Shown here one piece after another: positions 1 through 7,750 of a stretch of DNA of 13,331 bases (within the stretch, counting starts at the first letter, position 1; the number at the start of each line of letters is the position of its first letter). Position numbers and translations under genes: made by a program. This stretch comes from Candidatus Krumholzibacteriota bacterium (GTDB taxonomy: Bacteria; Krumholzibacteriota; Krumholzibacteriia; LZORAL124-64-63), in NCBI GenBank assembly GCA_039714075.1, contig JBDLKA010000090.1, forward strand, positions 1-13,331, in the 5' to 3' direction. The notes below the pieces were generated by a model, which saw nothing but the letters and a program-made list of their open reading frames with translations, did not search any database and was not told where the DNA came from.

Positions 1-1532
1 TGCCGCGAGACCTCGCCCGGCTCGGTCGTGGCGTAGGTCAATCCCGCCAACTGTTCACGAGAAGGCGCCGCCGACGCCAGACTCACCACCACCAGCAGCA
101 CCACGCAGATCGCGAACAGGAAGGCCGCGAAGTGCAGGAAGTTCATCGTCGCGTAGGCGTGCAGGGCGCCGCCCAGGGACTCGACGTTCAATTCGAGAAC
201 CAACCGTGCCGCCCCCAGCACGAATCCGCCCCACAAGGCAGCCATCGCACCGCGCGCATTGACCCGCGACCAGAACAGGCCCAGCAGGAACACCGCGGCG
301 ATCGGCGGCGAAATGTAGGCCTGCACGCTTTGCAGGTACTGGTAGAGCTGGCCGGAGATCTTCTTCATGAAGGGGATCCACAGGAAAGCCACCAGCACCA
401 GCGCCAGGGTGGTGACCTGGCCGACCAGGACCAGTTTCTTTTCGGAGGCGCCGGGATGTGTTTTGCGATAGATGTCGAACGTCACCAGGGTGGAGCACGA
501 GTTGAACACCGAGGACAGCGAGCTCATCAGTGCGGCCAGCAGTCCTGCGACCACCAGTCCGCGCAGGCCGGCCGGCAGTAGTGCCCCAACCAGCGTCGGC
601 AGGGCCTGGTCGGGGGTGTCCAAAACGATCCGGCCCTGCTGCGAAAGGCCATGGGCGATCACGCCGGGGATCACGAACAGCAGCACCGGCAGCAGCTTCA
701 AAAATCCCGCGAAGATGGTGCCGCCGCGCGCCTGGTCGATGTTCCGCGCGGCCAGCACGCGCTGCACGATGAACTGGTCGGTGCACCAGTACCACACGCC
801 CAGGATCGGCGCGCCGAGCAGGATGCCGGTCCAGGGGAAGTCGGGATCGCTCATCGGCAGCCACATGTTCATGAAGCCGTCGCCGGCCAGGCGTTTCATT
901 TCGGACACCCCGCCCAGTTCGTTCAGGCCCATTACCGTTACGGTCACCGAACCCAGGACCAGAACGAACAGCTGCAGCACATCGGTCGCCAAAACGGCCC
1001 GCAAACCGCCGGTGACGGTGTAGATGCCCGTGGCCGCGACCACGATCAGGGCCCCGACCCAGAAATCGAGCCCCATCAGGGCCCCGAACACGATGCCGCC
1101 CGCGGCGATGGTCACCGAGATCTTGGTCAGCACGTAGCCCACGACCGAGATGACGGCCAGGTACCAGCGGGCCGCCGGCGAGTAGCGTCGTTCCAGGAAT
1201 TCCGGCATGGTGGTCACGCCGCTGCGCAGGTAGAACGGCACGAAGACCCAGCCCAGCAACAGCAGGATCAGGGAAGCCAGCACCTCGAACTGACCGACGG
1301 CCACCCCGCGGGCCGCGCCGCTGCCGGCCAGTCCGACCAGATGCTCCGAGCCGATGTTCGAGGCGAACAGCGACGCCCCGATCACGAACCAGCCCATGTT
1401 GCGGCCGGCCAGGAAGTAGCCGGTTGAGGAATCACGCACGTGCTCGCGGCGGGTGAACCACCAGGCCACCCCGAAGACCAGGGCGAAATACAGGGCGAGG
1501 ACGATCCAGTCGAGAGTAGCCAGGCCGTTCAT
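1..1532 (-). CDS. Sodium:solute symporter (SSS/SLC5, SGLT-like sugar transporter); 3' end runs off the left edge
   Basis: Not in the ORF track because there is no stop in the window. Manual translation from ATG 1532 (RBS GAGGTG) gives MNGLATLDWIVLALYFALVFGVAWWF...YFLAGRNMGWFVIGASLFASNIGSEHLVGLAGSGA. It also contains WYWCTDQFIVQR and AALMSSLSSVFNSCSTLVTFDIY. The same frame reads EQLAGLTYAT near the edge. These are hallmark SSS motifs. Confidence 0.95.
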   Translation of the reverse strand, partial: MNGLATLDWIVLALYFALVFGVAWWFTRREHVRDSSTGYFLAGRNMGWFVIGASLFASNIGSEHLVGLAGSGAARGVAVGQFEVLASLILLLLGWVFVPFYLRSGVTTMPEFLERRYSPAARWYLAVISVVGYVLTKISVTIAAGGIVFGALMGLDFWVGALIVVAATGIYTVTGGLRAVLATDVLQLFVLVLGSVTVTVMGLNELGGVSEMKRLAGDGFMNMWLPMSDPDFPWTGILLGAPILGVWYWCTDQFIVQRVLAARNIDQARGGTIFAGFLKLLPVLLFVIPGVIAHGLSQQGRIVLDTPDQALPTLVGALLPAGLRGLVVAGLLAALMSSLSSVFNSCSTLVTFDIYRKTHPGASEKKLVLVGQVTTLALVLVAFLWIPFMKKISGQLYQYLQSVQAYISPPIAAVFLLGLFWSRVNARGAMAALWGGFVLGAARLVLELNVESLGGALHAYATMNFLHFAAFLFAICVVLLVVVSLASAAPSREQLAGLTYATTEPGEVSR

Positions 1533-1654
1533 GGTCACCTCGGGGTTGGAGACGGGCGTAAGGAGCCAGTTTCCAGCACCCGGGACGGGTTGGGTAGCAT
1601 TTGTTTCCCCACAAATGAGATTGAAGATCATTGCTGAAATATGAAAATCACTTA

Positions 1655-1683
1655 TTGAAATAAACCCATATCATCAGTAGGAT
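1655..1683 (+). promoter_or_regulatory. Candidate sigma70 promoter for the sORF and esterase
   Basis: TTGAAA (1655-1660), 17-nt spacer, TAGGAT (1678-1683), in an AT-rich divergent intergenic region. Confidence 0.5.
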
Positions 1684-1724
1684 ATATATCAAGAGCCTAT
1701 CCATCCCAATTGCATGGAGCTGAC

Positions 1725-1862
1725 GTGAACGATTCCAAGACAAAAGACCAGGGCAAAATCTGTTTCAAGGATGTCTGCATGAAGGCGGGGGTCTGGGGCC
1801 TGCTCTTGCTGGGTTTCCTGATCATCTGCGTGGCGCTGCCCCTGGTGGCCCTGAACCTGTAA
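1725..1862 (+). CDS. Small (45 aa) single-pass membrane protein
   Basis: GTG start with GGAG 5 nt upstream; MNDSKTKDQGKICFKDVCMKAGVWGLLLLGFLIICVALPLVALNL*. Third codon positions are GC-rich like neighbouring genes, and there is a hydrophobic stretch of about 23 aa. It is shorter than any ORF in the track. Confidence 0.6.
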   Translation: MNDSKTKDQGKICFKDVCMKAGVWGLLLLGFLIICVALPLVALNL

Positions 1863-1885
1863 CAGAATCCCCGGGACCAGCCACC

Positions 1886-3073
1886 ATGAAATCCCCGGTC
1901 ATCATTCTGGGATGTGCCGTCCTGATGATTATTGCCGTCGCTCCGGCCCTGACCCTGGCCGACGTGACTTTCAGGGTGACTGTTCCCGCAGATACCGACC
2001 CGGACGCCTCGGTTTTCATTGCCGGTGACTTCCAGTCCTGGCAGCCGGACCATCCCGATTACAAGCTGAAGAACACCGGCGGCAGGCTCTGGGAAATAGT
2101 TCTGCCGCTCGAAGCGGGCCGGGCCCTGCAGTTCAAGTTCACCCTGGGGGATTGGGAACACGTCGAGAAGGGGCCCAAGGGCGAAGAGATCCAGAACCGT
2201 CTGCACCAGGTTACCGGTGGAGAAACCCTCGACCTGGAAGTTGCCGGCTGGGCCCGAGGCGAAGCCCACAAGTCGTCGCTGACGGGCAACGTCCAAATTA
2301 TCACGGTGCCGGAATTCCTGGACGACCGCCGCGTGTGGGTGTATCTGCCGCCGGGATATGATGAGGAAACCGAGCGCCGCTACCCCGTGCTCTACATGTT
2401 CGACGGGCAGAACGTCTTCGACGACGCCACCAGTTTCGCGGGCGAGTGGCAAGTCGACGAAACCCTCGAGAAGCTGATTCCGGCGGGCCGCACGGCACCC
2501 CTGATCGTGGTCGCGGTGGCCAACGGAGGCGATCTGCGCGGCCACGAATACACGCCCTGGTTCAGCCCCGGGCGGAATTACGGCGGCGGTGGCGGGGAAC
2601 ATCTGCGGACCTGGATCGACGTTCTGCTGCCCCATGTCAACGCGAATTTCCGCACCCTCACAGGTCCGGACAACACCGGGCTGGCCGGATCCTCCTTCGG
2701 CGGCCTGATGACTTTGTACGCCGCCTACACCCATCCGGATGTGTTCGGCAGGTGCGGTTCCTTTTCCCCGTCCCTCATGTTCGCCGCGGGCAGGCTTCCG
2801 GAGATGATATCCTCCCGAGAAGAAAAGCCCGACCTCACCCTTTACGTGGACATGGGCACCCGCGAGCAGGGAAACCTCCACGACGCCGACGGGAACGGGA
2901 CCGATGACGGCATCGACAGTTTGCGGCGCCTGAAGGACATCCTGGCGGGCCAGGGATTCATCGGAGGCTGGGACCTGCTGGTGATCGAAGGCGAGGGACA
3001 CCGGCATAACGAGTCCTACTGGGCGCAGAGGTTTCCCGCCGCGGTCGAATTCCTGTTTCCGGCCGAACCGTGA
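1886..3073 (+). CDS. Secreted alpha/beta-hydrolase (putative esterase, PF00756-like) with an N-terminal CBM20-like carbohydrate-binding module
   Basis: Signal peptide, then VTFRVTVP..VFIAGDFQSW..FKFTLGDWEHVEK (starch-binding-like). Hydrolase motifs: RRVWVYLPPGY, YPVLYMFDGQN, nucleophile elbow GSSFGG, YVDMGTRE and H-NESYWAQRF. Confidence 0.9.
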   Translation: MKSPVIILGCAVLMIIAVAPALTLADVTFRVTVPADTDPDASVFIAGDFQSWQPDHPDYKLKNTGGRLWEIVLPLEAGRALQFKFTLGDWEHVEKGPKGEEIQNRLHQVTGGETLDLEVAGWARGEAHKSSLTGNVQIITVPEFLDDRRVWVYLPPGYDEETERRYPVLYMFDGQNVFDDATSFAGEWQVDETLEKLIPAGRTAPLIVVAVANGGDLRGHEYTPWFSPGRNYGGGGGEHLRTWIDVLLPHVNANFRTLTGPDNTGLAGSSFGGLMTLYAAYTHPDVFGRCGSFSPSLMFAAGRLPEMISSREEKPDLTLYVDMGTREQGNLHDADGNGTDDGIDSLRRLKDILAGQGFIGGWDLLVIEGEGHRHNESYWAQRFPAAVEFLFPAEP

Positions 3074-3247
3074 TGAGAGAATTGAACCGGGGGACAACAT
3101 GAGGGACACGAATCGGACACCGCTTTGGCTGAAGACCCGCGGTGGGGCGGTGAAAAATAGTTCGGGTTGAAAGCGCTGGTTTCCCGGGAGTGGCGCGTTG
3201 TGTATCGAGAACAGCCCGAAACTGATCTTCAGACAAAGGAACCACGC

Positions 3248-4009
3248 ATGAAATTCGTCACCACAATCGTTCTGGCCGTGCTTCTGGCCGTTTTTTCCAC
3301 GAGTGATCTCCAGGCCCGCCAGGGAGGCAGGGGAAAATGCCAGGGCAAGGGGCACGGTGGTAGATCCTGCAGTACCACCATCGCCGATCTGCCTACCGAA
3401 GATCTGAATGAAGCGGAAAAAGCTTCCCTTTTGAAAATGCGTGAAGAGGAGAAGCTGGCCCGGGATGTCTACCTGACTCTGGGCGAGAAGTGGGACGCCA
3501 AGGTATTTCGGAACATTCCGGAGGCTGAACAGAGGCATATGGACAGCGTGGCCTCTCTGTTGGAGCGATATGAACTGGACGACCCGGTCACCGACGACAC
3601 CGTCGGGGCCTTCGCCAGCGAAGAGTTCGCGAAGCTCTACCAGGAACTGGTCACCAAGGGTTCCCTCTCGCTGGCGGACGCGTTGACCGTGGGTGCGACC
3701 ATAGAGGACCTGGACATTTTCGACCTGAACGAAGCCCTGGCCGGTGATGTCGACAACCTGGACATCCGGCAGGTCTACGACAATCTGGTCCGGGGATCGC
3801 GCAACCACATGCGCGCCTTCGCCGGCAGCCTGGAGGGCGAGGGGAAGAGCTACACTCCCCAGTACCTTTCCGGTGAGGAACTGGCGGCTATCCTGGATTC
3901 GGATTGGGAACGCGGCCAGGGCGGAAAAGGCGGTCGCGGCAAAGGCAAGGGAAACGGCAAAGGGAACTGCAAGGGGCATGGCCAGGGCAGGGGGAAATGC
4001 GGGGACTGA
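3248..4009 (+). CDS. DUF2202 ferritin-like domain protein with signal peptide and Gly/Lys-rich flanks
   Basis: ATG 3248 follows an AAGGA RBS. Motifs MREEEKLARDVY, EQRHM, GATIEDLDIFDL and VYDNLVRGSRNHMRAF give paired ExxH-type ferritin-like helices. Confidence 0.9.
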   Translation: MKFVTTIVLAVLLAVFSTSDLQARQGGRGKCQGKGHGGRSCSTTIADLPTEDLNEAEKASLLKMREEEKLARDVYLTLGEKWDAKVFRNIPEAEQRHMDSVASLLERYELDDPVTDDTVGAFASEEFAKLYQELVTKGSLSLADALTVGATIEDLDIFDLNEALAGDVDNLDIRQVYDNLVRGSRNHMRAFAGSLEGEGKSYTPQYLSGEELAAILDSDWERGQGGKGGRGKGKGNGKGNCKGHGQGRGKCGD

Positions 4010-4032
4010 CCCGGGCCACCTTACCCTTTACG

Positions 4033-4069
4033 AACGAAGCCGCCGGATGTCCGGCGGCTTCGTTTCTTT
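4033..4069 (+). terminator. Intrinsic terminator between convergent genes, possibly bidirectional
   Basis: Perfect 14-bp inverted repeat AACGAAGCCGCCGG-atgt-CCGGCGGCTTCGTT followed by TCTTT. Confidence 0.85.
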
Positions 4070-4086
4070 GGGAGTGCAGGCTTGAT

Positions 4087-4992
4087 CTAGCGGTAAAGCG
4101 CCTTCAGCGAACCGATGGACATCACTTCCACCGAGGCGGCCTTGTCGAAGCCCACGGCGTCGTACTTGCCGGCCGCGGGTGCGAGGGTGTCCCCGGAAAG
4201 ATCGGCGTCGTCTTCGCAGTCGCCGCTGTTGTATTCACCGAGTTCGTCCATGAAGGTCAGCGCGGTTTTCCGGTCCGCCTTGCCGGGGTCGCTGAACACC
4301 GGATGTTCGCTCAGAAAGGCGTCGGCGTCAGCGATGACGTCGGCGGCGCCATTACCGGCGCCGGCGGCCATGTTCAGCTTGGCCGCGATCAGGATGCGGG
4401 CCAGAATAACCGTGGCATCCCCGCGCGCGGGCGCGTTCAGAATGTTCATGAGGGCGGCCTGGTCCAGATTGTCGGACCCCAGGTCGAGATTCGTGACCGG
4501 CCAGTCGGCCGCGGGATTCTTCCAGTAACCGCTGCCGCGCGGGCAGAAGTCCGTCACGATCGGGTCGTCCCCGCCCTCGCCGCCGCCGGTGTCGCCGCCG
4601 CACTGGAATCCGGCGGTGAATCCGTCCTCGAATCGATTCTGTCCGTCGGGGAAGATGTCGTACAGAACCGCATCAAAAGTCATGGAGAAGTCCCCGTCGG
4701 ACAGGGTGGAAGTCCACGCCTCGCCGAAGGAATAGACCATGGAGGTCTCCGTGGGGATATCAACATTGGCGGAATATTCGAACCGGTCCACTTCGGTACC
4801 CGCGGCATCGGTCAAAACCACCACATAATCCAGGCGGACCAACCGGGCGCTGGACCGGAAAGTGATGCCCACGTCGGCGTTCCAGCCGTTGCAGTCTGCA
4901 GTGCCGGTCACAGAATTGAAGTATACGGCCGAGGCCATACCCGGCAAAACGAGCATGAAGGCCAGGGCGATGATCGGAATATGCTTCCTCAT
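4087..4992 (-). CDS. Secreted two-domain hypothetical protein (301 aa) ending in SIGSLKALYR
   Basis: ATG 4992 with an AGGAG RBS and signal peptide MRKHIPIIALAFMLVLPGMASA. A beta-rich N-terminal domain is followed by a Gly/Asp linker and a GYWKN..WPV..L.LG..LIAAKLN helical domain. Host-like codon usage. Confidence 0.85.
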   Translation of the reverse strand: MRKHIPIIALAFMLVLPGMASAVYFNSVTGTADCNGWNADVGITFRSSARLVRLDYVVVLTDAAGTEVDRFEYSANVDIPTETSMVYSFGEAWTSTLSDGDFSMTFDAVLYDIFPDGQNRFEDGFTAGFQCGGDTGGGEGGDDPIVTDFCPRGSGYWKNPAADWPVTNLDLGSDNLDQAALMNILNAPARGDATVILARILIAAKLNMAAGAGNGAADVIADADAFLSEHPVFSDPGKADRKTALTFMDELGEYNSGDCEDDADLSGDTLAPAAGKYDAVGFDKAASVEVMSIGSLKALYR

Positions 4993-5056
4993 GAGTCCTT
5001 CTCCTGTGCTACCGATCCCCCTGCGGGATCGTGGTCGTCTCCATTGTGCGTGGAGT

Positions 5057-5073
5057 TGCATCAATCGGGCCGA
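5057..5073 (-). promoter_or_regulatory. Possible sigma54 (-24/-12) promoter for the 4087-4992 gene
   Basis: Minus strand reads TCGGCCCGATTGATGCA, i.e. GG-N10-GC, with 3 mismatches to YTGGCACG-N4-TTGCW. Confidence 0.3.
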
Positions 5074-5107
5074 ACTGGCGGATTTGGTTTGGTTTTTTGA
5101 ATAGTCG

Positions 5108-5116
5108 TGCTATAAT
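5108..5116 (+). promoter_or_regulatory. Extended -10 promoter for the DUF4382 gene
   Basis: Perfect TGnTATAAT (TGCTATAAT) about 70 nt upstream of the start, with a T-rich upstream tract. Confidence 0.6.
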
Positions 5117-5188
5117 AATGGACTAAATCATGTGGGGGATAAGCACTGTTACGCCTTTACGGAAAAGGCATATTGAAAGAGACAGGTG

Positions 5189-6007
5189 ATGAAAAAGTAT
5201 CTCCTGATTCCCGTCCTGGCCCTGTGCCTGATCTGGGCCGGAACCATGGCCGGCTGCTCCGATTCCACCGAGCCGGATACCGGGGGCACCGGATTCATGC
5301 GCGTCAACATGATCGATGCTCCGGGTGACTATGATCAAGTGAACGTCGAGGTGATTCGCGTCGAGGTCCATCGTGGTGACGAAAGCGACGAGGAAAAGGA
5401 TGACGGCTCGGGCTGGCATACCATCGACGTCGACACCACCTACGTGGACCTGCTTACGTTGACGGACGGCAACAGCGTCGTCCTGGCCGATTCGACCCTG
5501 CCTTCGGGTTACTACACCCAGATCCGGCTGATTCTGGGCGACGGCAACAATGTGGTGGTCGACAGCGTCGCCTACGATCTGGAAGTGCCCAGCAGCGCCA
5601 ACACGGGGCTGAAGCTGAACCATCCCTTCACCATCGACGCGGGGGCCATGTACGAGGTGACCCTCGATTTCGACGCGGATCAATCGGTCCACATGACCGG
5701 AAACGGCCAGTACAAGATGAAGCCGGTGATCCGGGTGATCGTGAACCAGACCTCGGGATCCCTGGCAGGCGTCGTCGAGCCGGTCGAAGCCCGGGCCATG
5801 GTCTGGACCACCGCGGCTGACGATACGGTGGTCGCCTACGCCGACACCCTGTCCGGGGCATTCCGCTTCGCCATGCTTCCGGCCGGGGATTACGACCTGA
5901 ATTTTTCCGCCACGGCGGGAACTTACCGGGATTCGGTCCTGTTTGATATACCTGTCACGGCCGGACAGACCACCGACATCGGGACGGTGACTCTGGAAAG
6001 CGAGTGA
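5189..6007 (+). CDS. DUF4382 domain lipoprotein with a C-terminal carboxypeptidase-regulatory-like beta domain
   Basis: Lipobox-like MAGC. Motifs IDAP, VDLLTLTDG, LPSGYYTQIRLIL, LEVPSSANTGLKL and LDFDADQSV..GNGQYKMKPVIR. Alternative GTG start at 5186. Confidence 0.9.
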   Translation: MKKYLLIPVLALCLIWAGTMAGCSDSTEPDTGGTGFMRVNMIDAPGDYDQVNVEVIRVEVHRGDESDEEKDDGSGWHTIDVDTTYVDLLTLTDGNSVVLADSTLPSGYYTQIRLILGDGNNVVVDSVAYDLEVPSSANTGLKLNHPFTIDAGAMYEVTLDFDADQSVHMTGNGQYKMKPVIRVIVNQTSGSLAGVVEPVEARAMVWTTAADDTVVAYADTLSGAFRFAMLPAGDYDLNFSATAGTYRDSVLFDIPVTAGQTTDIGTVTLESE

Positions 6008-6025
6008 CAATCCCTGTTTCACTGA

Positions 6026-6065
6026 GGCTCCCCGGACCCCTCGACAGGGCCCGGGGAGTTTCTTT
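6026..6065 (+). terminator. Intrinsic terminator after the DUF4382 gene
   Basis: CTCCCCGG (6028-6035) pairs with CCGGGGAG (6051-6058), with an inner CCC/GGG pair, followed by TTTCTTT. Confidence 0.7.
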
Positions 6066-6145
6066 ATACCTGTCGGTTGATCTGTAATTATGCTAGATTT
6101 CCGGAGGATTCAATGAACCCCATTACCCGAGATCAGAGGTTGATC

Positions 6146-6556
6146 ATGAAGCGCTCAATAATGTTGCTGATGATTCTTGCCGTCCTTTCCGCCTACGGCG
6201 TGGCTATGGCCCAGAGTCCCGTGGACGAGGTTGCCGGCAAGAAGCAGGTCATGCAGATGTACCACATCGTCATGGTCGAGGAGGGTCCCAACTGGAAGTC
6301 CCAGGCTTCCGAAGAGGGCATGGACGTTCGGATGACGGCCATCGGGAATATCCGCAAGGCCGCCCAGGAGGGCTGGCTTGTTTCCGCCGGACTGGTCAAC
6401 GATGAAACCCCCGTGGAATTCATCCTCATCCTGGATGTGGAAACCAAAACCGAGGCCTACAACCTGATCCACGGTGCCGAAAACGTGAAAAACGGTTTCT
6501 TCAAACCGATGATCTATTCGTATTTCGCGCCCAAGGGCCTGGCTTTCCAGCAGTAG
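6146..6556 (+). CDS. Secreted YCII-like (dimeric alpha/beta barrel) protein, divergent
   Basis: Signal peptide from ATG 6146 (GAGG RBS); alternative ATG at 6113 with GGAGG. The pattern YHIVMVEEGPNW..EGWLVSAG..FILILDVET..EA..VKNG resembles exported YCII-family proteins. Confidence 0.6.
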   Translation: MKRSIMLLMILAVLSAYGVAMAQSPVDEVAGKKQVMQMYHIVMVEEGPNWKSQASEEGMDVRMTAIGNIRKAAQEGWLVSAGLVNDETPVEFILILDVETKTEAYNLIHGAENVKNGFFKPMIYSYFAPKGLAFQQ

Positions 6557-6560
6557 CGGT

Positions 6561-7691
6561 TTGCCCTCGAACGCGGATGAAAATCGCCGTCTGATGAAGG
6601 ACGGTCTTGACGGCCAGGCGCTCGAGCGCCTGGCCGGTTCCGTTGAAGCCGCCTGGCCGGCCTTTGACGCCGGGGGATTCCTGAAGAAAGCGAACTCCGG
6701 CCTGGAAAAACTCGAATTGAAGGACAGGGTCCGTCACATCATTGCGGTGATGGATCTTTTTCTTCCTGATGACTATCCCCGCGCCTTGGAAATCGTGGTC
6801 CGGGCGGGGGAAAAATTTCCCGCCGGCCGGTCGGACGATTCACTGGCCGGGTTCGCGGCCTGGCCGCTCATCGACTGGGTGCCCGAATACGGTCTGGATC
6901 ACTTCGATGCCTCGCTGAAAGCCCTCAAAAAACTCACCGGCCTGTTTTCGGCGGAGTTCGCGGTCCGGCCCTTTCTGATCCGGGATCCGGAACGGGCCCT
7001 CCGCCATCTGCACACCTGGGTGGACGATCCTGACGAGCACGTGCGCCGACTGGTATCCGAAGGGACGCGGCCGCGCCTGCCCTGGGGCTGCCGGTTGCCG
7101 ATGTTCGTCGAGGATCCATCGCCCGTCATCGAACTATTGGCCCGGCTTCGGGACGACCCCTCGGAATATGTCCGGCGTTCGGTGGGCAACAATCTCAACG
7201 ACATCGCCAAGGATCATCCCGCGCGGGTGGTCAAGGTTTGCCGCGCCTGGAAGAAGGGGGCGTCGGGGGATCGCACGCGGATCATCCGCCGCGGTCTGCG
7301 GACGCTGGTCAAGCAGGGGGACAAAGGGGCCCTGAAGGTCCTGGGCTATACCACCGAGCCCAGGGTGAAGGCCTCGCTCGACCTGTCGGCCGGGTCGCTG
7401 CGGATCGGGGGCGATCTCGGCATCGAGGTAACCTTGGTCTCGCAGGCCCGCAGCACCCAGAAACTGGTCGTGGACTATGTGGTGCACCACGTGCGGGCCA
7501 ACGGGAAATCGACCCCCAAGGTTTTCAAGCTGCGGACTCTCGACCTGGCTCCCGGCCAAACCATCCATCTCAAGAAGAAACACAGCTTCGCCCCGCGCTC
7601 GGTCCGGAGATATTACCCGGGCCGGCACACCGTCGAATTACTGGTCGGAGGGCAATCGCTGGGCCGGTCTTCGTTCACGATGACCGAATGA
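6561..7691 (+). CDS. alkC: DNA alkylation repair glycosylase AlkC (HEAT-like repeats plus C-terminal Ig-like domain)
   Basis: Motifs FSAEFAVRPF, EHVRRLVSEGTRPRLPW and YVRRSVGNNLNDIAKDHP, plus the Ig-like tail VVDYVVHHVRANGKSTPKVFKL..YYPGRH. Start is TTG 6561 or ATG 6594. Confidence 0.88.
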   Translation: MPSNADENRRLMKDGLDGQALERLAGSVEAAWPAFDAGGFLKKANSGLEKLELKDRVRHIIAVMDLFLPDDYPRALEIVVRAGEKFPAGRSDDSLAGFAAWPLIDWVPEYGLDHFDASLKALKKLTGLFSAEFAVRPFLIRDPERALRHLHTWVDDPDEHVRRLVSEGTRPRLPWGCRLPMFVEDPSPVIELLARLRDDPSEYVRRSVGNNLNDIAKDHPARVVKVCRAWKKGASGDRTRIIRRGLRTLVKQGDKGALKVLGYTTEPRVKASLDLSAGSLRIGGDLGIEVTLVSQARSTQKLVVDYVVHHVRANGKSTPKVFKLRTLDLAPGQTIHLKKKHSFAPRSVRRYYPGRHTVELLVGGQSLGRSSFTMTE

Positions 7692-7750
7692 GCAGGTTGT
7701 GATACCCTGAGGTCCCACGGTCATGACATGTCGGGAATGGGGTCGTCGGC

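Noticed and set aside
55..1427. Track ORFs 55..864 (-), 132..581, 472..1023 and 651..1427 (+)
   Set aside because: They are off-frame or antisense to the SSS symporter, which occupies this region in a frame the track omitted.
3099..3222. 23-aa ORF at 3099 and an imperfect inverted repeat (TTCGGGTTG/CAGCCCGAA) upstream of the DUF2202 gene
   Set aside because: There is no coding signature, and a single short stem is not enough to call an RNA element.
1697..3979. 760-aa minus-strand ORF
   Set aside because: It is an antisense shadow of the sORF, esterase and DUF2202 genes and has no recognisable motifs. Such shadows are common in high-GC DNA.
3904..6022. ORFs 3904..5100 (+) and 5123..6022 (-)
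   Set aside because: They are antisense shadows of well-supported genes that have RBSs and signal peptides.
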